A DNA stretch of 64,000 nt from Escherichia phage vB_EcoM_ESCO8, in sequence record OM386653.1; one strand, 5' to 3'. The notes beneath the pieces were generated by a model. The model made no database searches. It was given only the letters and a program-made list of their open reading frames with translations, and had not been told where the DNA came from. Position 1 is the stretch's first letter. Each line of letters opens with the position of its first letter. Positions 48,190-57,783 of the stretch are shown here, one piece after another. The position numbers and the translations under genes are program-made.

Positions 48190-49002
48190 ATGCGAAGAGT
48201 AATTTTTGTTAGTGGCGCAGGTTTAAGTGCAGACAGTGGGATTCGAACGTTCCGAACAGACACAGATAGTGGTCGTGCCTTATGGGAAGAATATGACTTA
48301 GAAGAGGTCTGCGATATTGGAGCTTTCCAAGCAGGTTATCGTGTGAGAACATCTCCAGATCTTCCAGTGGTCGGTGGTGTAGACGAGAACGGTATGGACT
48401 TGTATGCCAAAACACACGAATTTTATAACAAAAGACGTGTTGAGCTTAAAGATGTACAACCTAATGCTGCACATATTCAAATAGCAAAGTGGTTTAAGGA
48501 ATATCCTAACCAAGTAGTAAACTTGACAACAAACGTCGATGATCTACTAGAGCGAGCAGGTGTGGACAGGGATTCTGTTATTCACGTGCACGGGTATCTC
48601 CCTGAAGTAGTTTACCGTATGCATCCTGGAGATTACAAAACACTGGTAGACATTGGTTACAATAGTATAAACATAGATGATTATAACTGGGTGAAGCCTA
48701 ATGTTGTATTTTTTGGTGAGGCTGCACCTTTGTATGCAGATATGGCTCACTTGTTTGATACTTTGACCATGCAAGATTTGGTTGTTGTAGTAGGATGTTC
48801 AAACCAAGTTATCAATTTTAATTGGGAATTATTCCCTGCACTTAATATGGGTACAAAAATGATTGTTGTTAACCCAGGAATTAATTACGAAGAAACTCTT
48901 CTTTACGAAGATAGAGGAGTCTTTGTTTACAGAGAAAAGGCAGCAGATGCTTTTAGCAATCCTGCTTTCATAAAAATGATAGAAGATCATTTGACTAAGT
49001 AA
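48190..49002 (+). CDS. Sir2-family (sirtuin-like) NAD-dependent protein, no zinc ribbon
   Basis: Motifs GAGLSADSGIRTFR, TTNVDDL, HVHG. Confidence 0.65.
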   Translation: MRRVIFVSGAGLSADSGIRTFRTDTDSGRALWEEYDLEEVCDIGAFQAGYRVRTSPDLPVVGGVDENGMDLYAKTHEFYNKRRVELKDVQPNAAHIQIAKWFKEYPNQVVNLTTNVDDLLERAGVDRDSVIHVHGYLPEVVYRMHPGDYKTLVDIGYNSINIDDYNWVKPNVVFFGEAAPLYADMAHLFDTLTMQDLVVVVGCSNQVINFNWELFPALNMGTKMIVVNPGINYEETLLYEDRGVFVYREKAADAFSNPAFIKMIEDHLTK

Positions 49003-49008
49003 CTTGAC

Positions 49009-49033
49009 CAAGGGGCGAAAGCCCCTTTTCTTA
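49009..49033 (+). terminator. Rho-independent terminator (GGGGC-GAAA-GCCCC + TTTTCTT)
   Basis: Stem-loop and T-run. Confidence 0.7.
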
Positions 49034-49045
49034 TAGGAGAATATT

Positions 49046-49303
49046 ATGACCACAGAACAAATCGTTAAAGACCATTTTATGATGCACTACGTTTATTACT
49101 TCAATAATAATCAACAGAAAGGTGAGGGATTTTGTTATCTATCCGCACAACAAGGTTTTGGTATCCGTCAAGCAGATATTAACGGGGCAGTGGCTGGAAT
49201 TACAAAAGGCTTGGTTGCAAACCTTAAAGATAATGTTGTTGTTGTCCCAACGTGCATCTCTTATCTCTCAACCTGCCCTGAAGAAGATTTTATGCATTCT
49301 TAA
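49046..49303 (+). CDS. Hypothetical protein
   Basis: ORF track; last plus-strand gene before strand switch. Confidence 0.45.
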   Translation: MTTEQIVKDHFMMHYVYYFNNNQQKGEGFCYLSAQQGFGIRQADINGAVAGITKGLVANLKDNVVVVPTCISYLSTCPEEDFMHS

Positions 49304-49367
49304 AACCTCCTGTAACGCATTCTAACGCACTTTTTATTTTAGTAATACGTTTCCCTATCTAATGCAA

Positions 49368-49406
49368 ACAAAAGCCCCTAGAAGCGATTCTAGGGGCTTT
49401 ATTTTA
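49368..49406. terminator. Bidirectional terminator at convergent junction (GCCCCTAG-loop-CTAGGGGC)
   Basis: 8-bp perfect stem flanked by A-run and T-run. Confidence 0.7.
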
Positions 49407-49478
49407 GTCTTCTGTAAAATATCCTATGACAACAATGATAAAGATGATTAACACTACGATACTCTCTAATAAAGTCAT

Positions 49479-49700
49479 CTACAGATCTCGTTCATATAGT
49501 TCAATTATCAATTCATCCTCTGCTGTTATCGTACCAATTTGCCAAGTGTGAAGATAAACCTCTGTATAAGAGTGTATCTTACTATCTAACAAGCACAACC
49601 ACGTATTGTTGCTTACCTTTTCTTGAATATGAACCTTAACCACGAAAGGGTGAGGGTTATCTACTAAGAAACCAATACTACCTTCTACAACTACAGACAT
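49479..49700 (-). CDS. Hypothetical protein
   Basis: ORF track. Confidence 0.4.
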   Translation of the reverse strand: MSVVVEGSIGFLVDNPHPFVVKVHIQEKVSNNTWLCLLDSKIHSYTEVYLHTWQIGTITAEDELIIELYERDL

Positions 49701-49740
49701 AATACCTCCTATTGTTTATGCTAAGACAAATAAAAACACA

Positions 49741-49769
49741 CATACAAGAAAACCCGCCGGAGCGGGTTT
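49741..49769 (-). terminator. Rho-independent terminator on minus strand (AACCCGC-CGGA-GCGGGTT)
   Basis: Stem-loop followed by T-run on minus strand. Confidence 0.6.
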
Positions 49770-49774
49770 AGCTG

Positions 49775-50098
49775 TTATACAATGTGTTTTGTTTTAACGT
49801 GCGAAGATTTAAAAATCTTATTATGTAATGAAATACAACTATCACGGAACACATAGTAGTTAACAACATCTGGTTTATCAACACAGAGTGTAGCCACAAC
49901 TTTCATAGGTATAGATACATTCTCACGAAGAGTAATACTACCTTTCAAACGTTCAGATGAAATGTGAATCAAACCTTCTTTTTCATCAATGATAACTTCT
50001 TTAACATTTTTGAAATTATAACAAGAGTTGTCAACATAAGATACCCTTGCTTTTGTTTGCTTCTGTTTAGGACGAGAACCAGTGTTTATTTTTTGCAT
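49775..50098 (-). CDS. Hypothetical protein
   Basis: ORF track. Confidence 0.45.
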   Translation of the reverse strand: MQKINTGSRPKQKQTKARVSYVDNSCYNFKNVKEVIIDEKEGLIHISSERLKGSITLRENVSIPMKVVATLCVDKPDVVNYYVFRDSCISLHNKIFKSSHVKTKHIV

Positions 50099-50106
50099 AG
50101 TTTTCC

Positions 50107-50394
50107 TTATTTGCTTTCACGAGCAAAATAATAATTTTCATATTCATTACGTGTAACGATTTCTGGATGATCAGGTTCACCGTAACTAAGTTTAATTTCA
50201 GGATACACTTTGGTGTTGAATAGACACGTAACACCTCTCATATAATATCCTGTAGGACTTAAGACAACATCATCTTCACTTACACTTGAGAATTTTATTT
50301 CACCATTAGTATCTTTGACGACAATAAGAGCATGTTCAGGCCAATCAAGATTCTCTTCTTTCAGTTTTTCATAAACTTCTTGCACTAGTTCCAT
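50107..50394 (-). CDS. Hypothetical protein
   Basis: ORF track. Confidence 0.45.
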   Translation of the reverse strand: MELVQEVYEKLKEENLDWPEHALIVVKDTNGEIKFSSVSEDDVVLSPTGYYMRGVTCLFNTKVYPEIKLSYGEPDHPEIVTRNEYENYYFARESK

Positions 50395-50403
50395 ATTGCC
50401 TCC

Positions 50404-50577
50404 TCAGATTACAAATTTTTCTTCTTCTGGTTTCTCGTAGTTGGGAGAATAAACGTGGGATGGATTAAAACCTTTAAAGCTACCCCGCCCTTTTCGTGGA
50501 CAATTGAATGTTTTAGCTTTGTGATCACCAAAAGATTTACCACAATGTACACATTTATAATTGGTATCTTTGAACAT
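50404..50577 (-). CDS. Small zinc-finger-like protein (57 aa)
   Basis: Hand translation MFKDTNYKCVHCGKSF...; AAAGGAGAG RBS; preferred over overlapping track ORF 50409..50606. Confidence 0.45.
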   Translation of the reverse strand: MFKDTNYKCVHCGKSFGDHKAKTFNCPRKGRGSFKGFNPSHVYSPNYEKPEEEKFVI

Positions 50578-50733
50578 TTTACTCTCCTTTGAAAGATAGG
50601 CTGCACAGCAGTACAGCCTTTTAAAAAATTAGTGTTTAAATTTTTCGATTACTTCGTCAACTTTAGCGATGATAACATCCTGGTACTTGTGACCAAAATA
50701 ACCAACAACAACACCAACAATAAACGTCATCAT

Positions 50734-51333
50734 TTACTTCTCCTTTTTAACTATAATGGCTTCTTCATTCAGAGTAAACAGCAAGGAAGATGTATCACCA
50801 ACACACCTTGCACCTGGAATGAGTTCTAAAATTTTAGAGGATATAGCAATAGTATCTTCATCCAGTACATATTCTCCAGGTAACAATCTTAATGTTATTG
50901 GAAAATCTACGGATGCCAAACCAGAGAACATCCCATCATTAAGAAGAACAACTTCTAAACCGTTGCCTTCTTGTTGTGCATTATGCACTTTTTCCGGTAA
51001 GAAGTCAATACATTGATTTAAAATTTCCACATTTAATTCTACACCAGTCCGAGCTTTATAAACTCTAGCCAAATCTATGATCCGAGGATCAATACTGGCG
51101 TAAGGAGATTCTAGGTGTTTTGGGTCAATAGGAGCAACGCGCAATTTACCATCGAGAGATATCCACGTTACAATCCACATTTCACCAACCCCAGGTTGAT
51201 CTCGCGCAGTAAGGAATTCTACTAATGCTCCAGGATTAGGCATTATGTAATCTTGTGTGATCAACATGTTCTTCACTCGCAAAAGCATTCCTGGCTTCAG
51301 TAAGCCCTTCTCACCACTCCAATATTCTTTCAT
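50734..51333 (-). CDS. Hypothetical protein (start at MKEYW with AGGAG RBS)
   Basis: ORF track 50734..51378 trimmed. Confidence 0.5.
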   Translation of the reverse strand: MKEYWSGEKGLLKPGMLLRVKNMLITQDYIMPNPGALVEFLTARDQPGVGEMWIVTWISLDGKLRVAPIDPKHLESPYASIDPRIIDLARVYKARTGVELNVEILNQCIDFLPEKVHNAQQEGNGLEVVLLNDGMFSGLASVDFPITLRLLPGEYVLDEDTIAISSKILELIPGARCVGDTSSLLFTLNEEAIIVKKEK

Positions 51334-51346
51334 TTTTACTCCTGAT

Positions 51347-51619
51347 TTAATGTCGTAGTTCACTAAACTTACAAACAAAGTGAACGTTAAGAAAAGTTAG
51401 TTTTCGATCTGGTGTAAACTCTGTTACTGTTTTATACACCTGTGCAATACCGAACCTGTTGACAGCAGGTACTGATAGTTGGCTTATACATTTCATAGCT
51501 GATAGTTTTGCCTCTTCTTCAGATGCAAAATAAGTAAACATACCTTCTTCGTCAACTATAATTTCTTGTGTAACACAATCTACAAAACAAAAGAAAACAT
51601 TAGGTAATTTTTCCGACAT
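51347..51619 (-). CDS. Hypothetical protein
   Basis: ORF track. Confidence 0.4.
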   Translation of the reverse strand: MSEKLPNVFFCFVDCVTQEIIVDEEGMFTYFASEEEAKLSAMKCISQLSVPAVNRFGIAQVYKTVTEFTPDRKLTFLNVHFVCKFSELRH

Positions 51620-51620
51620 A

Positions 51621-51833
51621 TTAGTTGTTCCTGTACTTAGAGAACAAGGTATTGACTAACCAGTCAGCAAACAGTAATCCAAGTGTACCAATACCGTAAC
51701 CGATAAGCATAATGTAAGGCACTGCCTTATTTTCATTACCTGTCATTACTTCAGGAAAAATCAAAAATACAATACCGTTACCAACGATAATCCAGAACAT
51801 AAGAAACACAAACATACGAAGCAACATTGTCAT
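51621..51833 (-). CDS. Small membrane protein (2 TM)
   Basis: ORF track; hydrophobic. Confidence 0.45.
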   Translation of the reverse strand: MTMLLRMFVFLMFWIIVGNGIVFLIFPEVMTGNENKAVPYIMLIGYGIGTLGLLFADWLVNTLFSKYRNN

Positions 51834-51834
51834 A

Positions 51835-52017
51835 TTATTCTTCCTCCTTCACTTCTTCAACTTTACGAAGCATACGTTTATCAAATGTAGCTTTCTGTAG
51901 TTGTTCATTAACATCAAACCATACCACTTCGCAAGTATCATAAGTAGATACCATTACAGTCATTAACATTTCTTCACTGGCAAGACGTACAATATCACCT
52001 GTTTTAATATTTACCAT
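51835..52017 (-). CDS. Hypothetical protein
   Basis: ORF track. Confidence 0.4.
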   Translation of the reverse strand: MVNIKTGDIVRLASEEMLMTVMVSTYDTCEVVWFDVNEQLQKATFDKRMLRKVEEVKEEE

Positions 52018-52421
52018 AACTCCTCCAGAAGTTTACCAAGTTTAGTTTTAAATTCATTATCCCACGCTATACGAACTATGTCAAGATCACCTTGTGCATT
52101 ACGTTTTGTATCTAAGTAGTAACCACCATGCTCATAGCGGTGTTTTATATGCTCGATCAGACGTTCTTTACCACTCTTGGATAAATAGTCATCAAATTCC
52201 CCATTGAAAAGGTCTAAGATTGTTTGTCTATTATCTCCTAGTTGGGTGATTCTAAAACTAATCAAAGATCCCTGTAAACCTATATCTGTTTGTTTAAGAG
52301 AAAACCCATGACCAAAGCCGCCTGTAACTATAACAAGCGGTTTTCCTGTGATAGAGCTTTTAATAACATCTTGCTTAGGTTCTGCCAAAGATGTTAGAAA
52401 CTCTTTTAACCATTTGAACAT
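52011..52421 (-). CDS. Hypothetical protein
   Basis: ORF track. Confidence 0.5.
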   Translation of the reverse strand: MFKWLKEFLTSLAEPKQDVIKSSITGKPLVIVTGGFGHGFSLKQTDIGLQGSLISFRITQLGDNRQTILDLFNGEFDDYLSKSGKERLIEHIKHRYEHGGYYLDTKRNAQGDLDIVRIAWDNEFKTKLGKLLEELW

Positions 52422-52526
52422 AAACTCTCCTGTGTGGCGTGGCTTTGCCTAAGCGCCGAAGGCGCGGATCAAATATAAGCTGAATTTATTACGCCCAGGT
52501 AGCCAGGGCGCATAAATATCAGAAAT

Positions 52527-52775
52527 TTACCATCGAATAACTATTCGAGTAAAGTTTTCATCGTAATGAGATGTTTCTGTATCAATAAAAGTTAAAAAAC
52601 CTTCAGCATCCAAGCTAACTTTTACGAAAGTTGGATAAAGCGTGTATATAGCAGCTTCTCTGTCTCCATCTTTAGCTGCTCTTTCAATATACGCGTAGAT
52701 GTTTTGTAAACTCTCCTTTGCTTTGTTAAGTTCTGCGTTTTCTGCCAGTTCTCTCATTTTATCTGCTACAGTCAT
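52527..52775 (-). CDS. Hypothetical protein
   Basis: ORF track. Confidence 0.45.
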   Translation of the reverse strand: MTVADKMRELAENAELNKAKESLQNIYAYIERAAKDGDREAAIYTLYPTFVKVSLDAEGFLTFIDTETSHYDENFTRIVIRW

Positions 52776-53044
52776 TTGTCAGTATCCTTTTCAATAAAGC
52801 CTGTGGTTTTACAAGGTACACATTCATACATTTGTCCAACATCTGCAACCACCCAACCCATTCCATTGCAATAAGGACAGATTGTTTTGTTCTCTTTAGC
52901 ATACACAGCCAGAAGTCTTTCTTCTAGCTTGTTGTAATCAGCAAGAAGAACATAGTCTCCTTCTGGATCTGGTACAATATCACATTGACCAGCAGCACCT
53001 TGGCTGTACACCTCTAAACCATATCGTGTAACCATTATCCCCAC
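52772..53044 (-). CDS. Small Cys-containing protein (CDIVxDPxG family)
   Basis: ORF track; paralog of 57550..57774. Confidence 0.45.
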   Translation of the reverse strand: MGIMVTRYGLEVYSQGAAGQCDIVPDPEGDYVLLADYNKLEERLLAVYAKENKTICPYCNGMGWVVADVGQMYECVPCKTTGFIEKDTDK

Positions 53045-53253
53045 TCCGCAATCAGTTTTGGATTTTCTGCACGAGAATAGAATGTTGTAATGTCACCGTA
53101 AGTGTACTCTTGTTCCGACAGTTTTACAAGAGAGATCATTTCACGATCTGGAGTACCAGGAATCCAGTCAAATACAGCAACGCCACGTGGTGTTACATAG
53201 AAACCAGATGTATTACCCGTAAACTTATCTTTTCCTTTATATAATTTGTACAC
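53035..53253 (-). CDS. Hypothetical protein
   Basis: ORF track. Confidence 0.45.
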   Translation of the reverse strand: MYKLYKGKDKFTGNTSGFYVTPRGVAVFDWIPGTPDREMISLVKLSEQEYTYGDITTFYSRAENPKLIAEWG

Positions 53254-53460
53254 TTTCTACTCCTCATAGATAGAATCTATTAAAAACCTGCTATCAATCG
53301 GTATAAACAGTTTTACTTTTCGTAAAAAACATGCTACCCTAATCTTATATACCGAGCGATAGCGAGGTAGAGAATATTCCATGTTATACATGGAAAGAGT
53401 ATATGTAATGTTACTAACTCTATAACTAACTATATACTCTTTATACCTTACTTACTACTC

Positions 53461-53724
53461 TTATTGAAGTTCAAAGATATCCCCATCTCCATCATATCCA
53501 TACTCTAACTCTCCTGTATCATATAATACAATAAAGTCTGTATCATCTTCAATAAAAGATTTAGCATAGTCTACTAACTCTTCATTATCTTCATACCCTT
53601 CCAGGTACTCAATACGACCATTGATACATTTAGCTGCAACAACTCCTGGGCCATTGCTTGGAGTCCACTCACTGTATACTCGCATACCTAATTCTTTAAT
53701 CATTGTTTGTCTCCTCATAATCAA
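53461..53724 (-). CDS. Hypothetical protein
   Basis: ORF track. Confidence 0.45.
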   Translation of the reverse strand: MIMRRQTMIKELGMRVYSEWTPSNGPGVVAAKCINGRIEYLEGYEDNEELVDYAKSFIEDDTDFIVLYDTGELEYGYDGDGDIFELQ

Positions 53725-53920
53725 TGTAGTTGTAACACTTATTCTTTAAGAAATCTTCTGCTTGTTTATTGTGTTTTAGAATGATGCACTTCTCTTTGTT
53801 CTGTTCTACATCATTATGTAGATTGTACAAGTTAGATGCACCATACAGAATACCAATTAACAAAAGCAAAGAGATTGCTGTTGATAACAAAAATTGTTGC
53901 AACTTGTTTACAGACTTCAT
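53696..53920 (-). CDS. Small membrane-anchored protein (KExCIxxKH family)
   Basis: ORF track; paralog of 57784..58032. Confidence 0.45.
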   Translation of the reverse strand: MKSVNKLQQFLLSTAISLLLLIGILYGASNLYNLHNDVEQNKEKCIILKHNKQAEDFLKNKCYNYIDYEETNND

Positions 53921-54143
53921 AAACCCTCCTTATCGTTAGTACACATTGATACTAACAAGAAGTTAAGATCGTGTCAACATCTTTGTGTTAATTTTATCCA
54001 CTGTTCACATTCTTCTTTTGTGTCGTACTCTACAGGCTTTCCTGTATCATTTCCACAACCATCTCCGAACGTAGCCCACCAGGAGAATAGAAAACAAGTT
54101 TCTCTTACTCTCCACTTATTGGCATAAGGTACAACATAATAAC

Positions 54144-54395
54144 TCATAAGATTGTGATCCTTAGTTCATTTTCTAAGGTGTGTCTCACACATTCTTTGAA
54201 ATTGTTATCAACATAAACCACACGTACCCCATGAGGTGTTTCTTTACATTCAAACACATTATATACAGTGTCAGATAAGACATGTTGTACGTTTACTTGT
54301 CCAACACCATCTTTAACCACAACCATTACTTTCAGTAAACTTGTATGGTTTTTAACTTCATCTTCTACGTATGCTACAACATCTTTGATATTCAT
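54144..54395 (-). CDS. Hypothetical protein
   Basis: ORF track. Confidence 0.45.
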   Translation of the reverse strand: MNIKDVVAYVEDEVKNHTSLLKVMVVVKDGVGQVNVQHVLSDTVYNVFECKETPHGVRVVYVDNNFKECVRHTLENELRITIL

Positions 54396-54691
54396 CGTTT
54401 CTCCTGTTTAAGTACGATATAAGATTGACGAGATTTCCATCGTCCCATCTTAACAAGGCAAATAACGCCTCTCTTTAACAGATATTTCATATCTTCGTCA
54501 TAAGCTGTTTGCAATTGCCACTTACTGTTAACAGGAAGAGAACCATGTACCCTTAAGTGAGCTAACAGATACTTTCTTCGCTCCTTCCCATAAGGCAGAT
54601 ATTGCCATTCTTTCTTTGATACAGGTTCGTGTACTTTACGATGCCAGTAAGTAAGGTGTCTTCTTTTATGTAAACCCCTATTCCTTACCAT
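54392..54691 (-). CDS. Hypothetical basic protein
   Basis: ORF track. Confidence 0.45.
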   Translation of the reverse strand: MVRNRGLHKRRHLTYWHRKVHEPVSKKEWQYLPYGKERRKYLLAHLRVHGSLPVNSKWQLQTAYDEDMKYLLKRGVICLVKMGRWKSRQSYIVLKQEKR

Positions 54692-54930
54692 TATACCTCT
54701 ACCTCCGTTACCCCAGGATCTCTAGTCCAGGTATAGTAGAGCATACCATCTTCTTTCAGTGCAATGCGATCACTTTCGTCTCGAAGATATAGGTCACATA
54801 CTACGCGCAGTTGCGGATCTGATCCGAGTAGTTCTGAAACAATAAGGTCATCACCGCTCATACGAGCAACAATCACTGCATATTGACCAGTATCTGCATC
54901 AAAAATTGGTTGTCCGATGTTTAATTGCAT
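54691..54930 (-). CDS. Hypothetical protein
   Basis: ORF track. Confidence 0.45.
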   Translation of the reverse strand: MQLNIGQPIFDADTGQYAVIVARMSGDDLIVSELLGSDPQLRVVCDLYLRDESDRIALKEDGMLYYTWTRDPGVTEVEV

Positions 54931-55115
54931 TGTGTTGTCTCCTTATTCAGTACATTGTTTTGTGCTGCGCGCCAGCACTCATAAAAACCTTGGGTTAATG
55001 GCATAGTGTAATTTCCAGAAGGATCTCTTTCGAGATCCCCATCTGCATAACAACCACTACCTAAAAACCATTTTTCAAAATCGGATAAATCATCCCAATC
55101 TACACTATTTTCCAT
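54921..55115 (-). CDS. Hypothetical protein
   Basis: ORF track. Confidence 0.4.
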   Translation of the reverse strand: MENSVDWDDLSDFEKWFLGSGCYADGDLERDPSGNYTMPLTQGFYECWRAAQNNVLNKETTQCN

Positions 55116-55116
55116 A

Positions 55117-55608
55117 TTATACTGTCTTATACCCTACAATAGCAACCTGATTCGTAGGCTTCCAACGACCAATAATCTCACCAGAAATCTCTGTGCTACC
55201 ATTTATGTATTGGTAATGGGTATCATCATGATTAACCCACGCCATAACGTCAAGAGTAGGGGTTTTGACGTGTACCAGTAGTGTAGCCCATTCTGGGGCT
55301 TCTTTAATATCTACAGAATCTTGCCAATCTTCTTCGATGTGCCAAGTAGGTTCACCATCAACATCTGTAACGAAGAAACGAGCTTTCATACGTTTAAAGA
55401 ACATTGGTGTATACCCATGATCGCACTCTGGGGTAAAATCATCCATCGTCTCGTCATAGGTGAAATATTGTCCATCTTTGTAATGAAAAGATGCGCAAAA
55501 TAGTTCATTACGAGCAGGAACATGCCATACAGCTACAAAACTACGACCATGTGGATAATGTTTAACCTCTTGCATAGTTTCCTCCTTATTTTTATTCAAA
55601 AGAATCAA
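55117..55608 (-). CDS. Hypothetical protein
   Basis: ORF track. Confidence 0.5.
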   Translation of the reverse strand: MILLNKNKEETMQEVKHYPHGRSFVAVWHVPARNELFCASFHYKDGQYFTYDETMDDFTPECDHGYTPMFFKRMKARFFVTDVDGEPTWHIEEDWQDSVDIKEAPEWATLLVHVKTPTLDVMAWVNHDDTHYQYINGSTEISGEIIGRWKPTNQVAIVGYKTV

Positions 55609-55936
55609 TTCGATTTTGTTCTATGTCAATTGCAGCATCTAAGATAAGTTTTAATGCTTCGAATTGCAAGTCTTCCTCTAAAGAGAAGACATATAAAACA
55701 ACGGATTCCAAGTAAGACAGCACTCCAAGACTAAGCGTTGCAATTTCTACTCCTGCATCGGAGAAGCCTGTTTGCAAAATTTCTTTGAAGAAACGCTGTT
55801 TATCAACAATAGCAGATAAAATAAGCGTTTTACGCTCGTCTGCTGATCGCACTGTGCAGTATATGTTGCTAAAAGAATCTAGCCACATTTTGATCATACC
55901 TTGTCGGTACATAAGGATTTCAATATCAGCTAACAT
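55592..55936 (-). CDS. Hypothetical protein (start at MLADIEI with AGGAGA RBS)
   Basis: ORF track 55592..56035 trimmed to remove overlap with upstream ORF. Confidence 0.45.
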   Translation of the reverse strand: MLADIEILMYRQGMIKMWLDSFSNIYCTVRSADERKTLILSAIVDKQRFFKEILQTGFSDAGVEIATLSLGVLSYLESVVLYVFSLEEDLQFEALKLILDAAIDIEQNRIDSFE

Positions 55937-55937
55937 A

Positions 55938-56105
55938 TTATTTCTCCTCTGGAGAAAGGTTTGCATTAACTTGATAGTAAAAATCAAAATCTTTGTGTTG
56001 ATCGCACCATTCTTGAGCGTCTTTAAATGACGCAAATTGCATAGTGAATGTTGCCATCCACGTGTTCATACTTTTATTGAACTTGTCGATAAAAAATGTT
56101 TGCAT
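55938..56105 (-). CDS. Hypothetical protein
   Basis: ORF track 55938..56126 trimmed to ATG after GGAGG RBS. Confidence 0.4.
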   Translation of the reverse strand: MQTFFIDKFNKSMNTWMATFTMQFASFKDAQEWCDQHKDFDFYYQVNANLSPEEK

Positions 56106-56338
56106 TATTCCTCCCATTTTATCCAAAGGCAGTATTCTGGAACATAAACCTCCTTCCCTTTGTTATTTACAAAGGTGTACTCCACAAATTCTGCTTTATA
56201 TGTTTTGTTATATTCCTGTGCTGCTGGCACAGGACATTTTGTAATGCGCGTTTCAGTCCAACGGCGGTGTATAACCGCCTTGTTCTTTGGATCAAACGGA
56301 TGTATAAAGTGTGTTTTACTCATGCGCCATTTCCACAA
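56105..56338 (-). CDS. Hypothetical protein
   Basis: ORF track. Confidence 0.4.
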   Translation of the reverse strand: MWKWRMSKTHFIHPFDPKNKAVIHRRWTETRITKCPVPAAQEYNKTYKAEFVEYTFVNNKGKEVYVPEYCLWIKWEE

Positions 56339-56720
56339 GATTTTTAATCATAGTTTCTCGACAGAGATTCCACATGTCCGAAGCAACCATAGAGGCATAT
56401 TCATCGGGGTTGGATTCTGGTAAAATCTCTTTAACTGCTTCTGGTGTCGGGTTGCACATAGCAGGTAGTGCTTTAAGTGCATCTTCAATAGAGAGCTTCT
56501 TACCTTCACTGTAAATAACTTCGTAAGCATAGTCATTTACATCTTCTGGAATATCTTGATCCAGGTAACGCACAGTAGAGTTATGCATTTTGTTCATAGC
56601 TTCACTAACACCAGCGCCACAAAGCTGTGCAACTTCTTTAGAGATACAGTCACAAATAACAACTTCATAAGGTTGTCCACCATAATACTGTGCATTATAT
56701 TTGATTTTAACAGACCACAT
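56316..56720 (-). CDS. Hypothetical protein
   Basis: ORF track. Confidence 0.45.
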   Translation of the reverse strand: MWSVKIKYNAQYYGGQPYEVVICDCISKEVAQLCGAGVSEAMNKMHNSTVRYLDQDIPEDVNDYAYEVIYSEGKKLSIEDALKALPAMCNPTPEAVKEILPESNPDEYASMVASDMWNLCRETMIKNLVEMAHE

Positions 56721-56786
56721 CTTACTCTCCTTATTTAACGTGTTTTAGCAATTCAATGCGATGCCCTTCAAACATAATCTCTTTCA

Positions 56787-57371
56787 TTACACATCCTCCA
56801 TTTGGAACATCTTCTTGTGGTTAGAATAGATCTGTTTGAAAATCTTGTCAAGGCGTTCATATGATTCTTTATGCTCTTGTTTCCATCCGTGATTTCGGAT
56901 TTTATCTGCTAGGTCATACGCCTCGCATAAAACTTTGGCAAAGTTGGTATTATCTATAGCACAAGCCTCAAAACCTTGAACTAAACCCTCTACATCATAC
57001 CACGTATAGTCAGAGTCACTAGGAGGCTTTCCTGCATCGGCTAAACGTTGCCTCACCCATTCGATACGTTTTTCATTCAAATGGCACTTACCTTCTCTAC
57101 ACTCTTGTTCTAATTCTTCTTTAGATTCATTGAATGGGTGAAGGACAGGTAGCTCTGCTTTTTGCAATTGCTCCAGATATTCTCCTACAATACGCATAGC
57201 TTCACTGTGTGTACACTTTCTACCTGTGTGCCAGTAACGGAAGATACTTTCTGTTAAACAGATGTTTTTACTAAACATCGCATTGTCTTTAACATTCACT
57301 CTATTAGCCCAGTCTAAATAATATACATAAAACTGCAATAATTCATAACTGCTTGGTATAATTTTACTCAT
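56787..57371 (-). CDS. Paralog-family protein A (LLQFY / LHPFN / CHxN / WVxxR motifs)
   Basis: ORF track; shares motifs with 57995..58363, 60287..60661, 60802..61218. Confidence 0.5.
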   Translation of the reverse strand: MSKIIPSSYELLQFYVYYLDWANRVNVKDNAMFSKNICLTESIFRYWHTGRKCTHSEAMRIVGEYLEQLQKAELPVLHPFNESKEELEQECREGKCHLNEKRIEWVRQRLADAGKPPSDSDYTWYDVEGLVQGFEACAIDNTNFAKVLCEAYDLADKIRNHGWKQEHKESYERLDKIFKQIYSNHKKMFQMEDV

Positions 57372-57549
57372 AGCCTCTCCTTAATTGTGAAAAATGTTAT
57401 CAATCAATATGACTAGTAATACAAGGATAGAAGGGAGTAGGAACAGAAATCTTAACATTATGTGATGCGTGTGAGAAGCGGCTTTAGCGCCAGCCGCCAG
57501 TAAGCCTACTAATCCTACAATAAAGAGCAGTTGTTCAGGGACACCCATA

Positions 57550-57774
57550 TTATGGAACACTTGGATACTCCGTAAGTTCGGCTAACAATTGGATATGTGG
57601 ACACGTGAATTGTTGTCCTGGATAGCGTGAGCTAATATCATCCAGCAAAGCAATCACAGCATTGTGCAATGCTTCGTAATCTTCATAATACACCATCTCT
57701 CCATTAGGATCTTCAACAATATCACAGTGACAAGCGTGAGCAGTACACGCATCCCATTCCAGACGTTTTACCAT
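57550..57774 (-). CDS. Small Cys-containing protein (CDIVxDPxG family)
   Basis: ORF track; paralog of 52772..53044. Confidence 0.45.
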   Translation of the reverse strand: MVKRLEWDACTAHACHCDIVEDPNGEMVYYEDYEALHNAVIALLDDISSRYPGQQFTCPHIQLLAELTEYPSVP

Positions 57775-57783
57775 AAACCCTCC

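Noticed and set aside
50409-50606. 65-aa track ORF on the minus strand
   Set aside because: A different frame of the same locus gives a 57-aa Cys-containing protein with a strong AAAGGAGAG RBS (50404..50577); the track ORF has no RBS and a low-complexity product.
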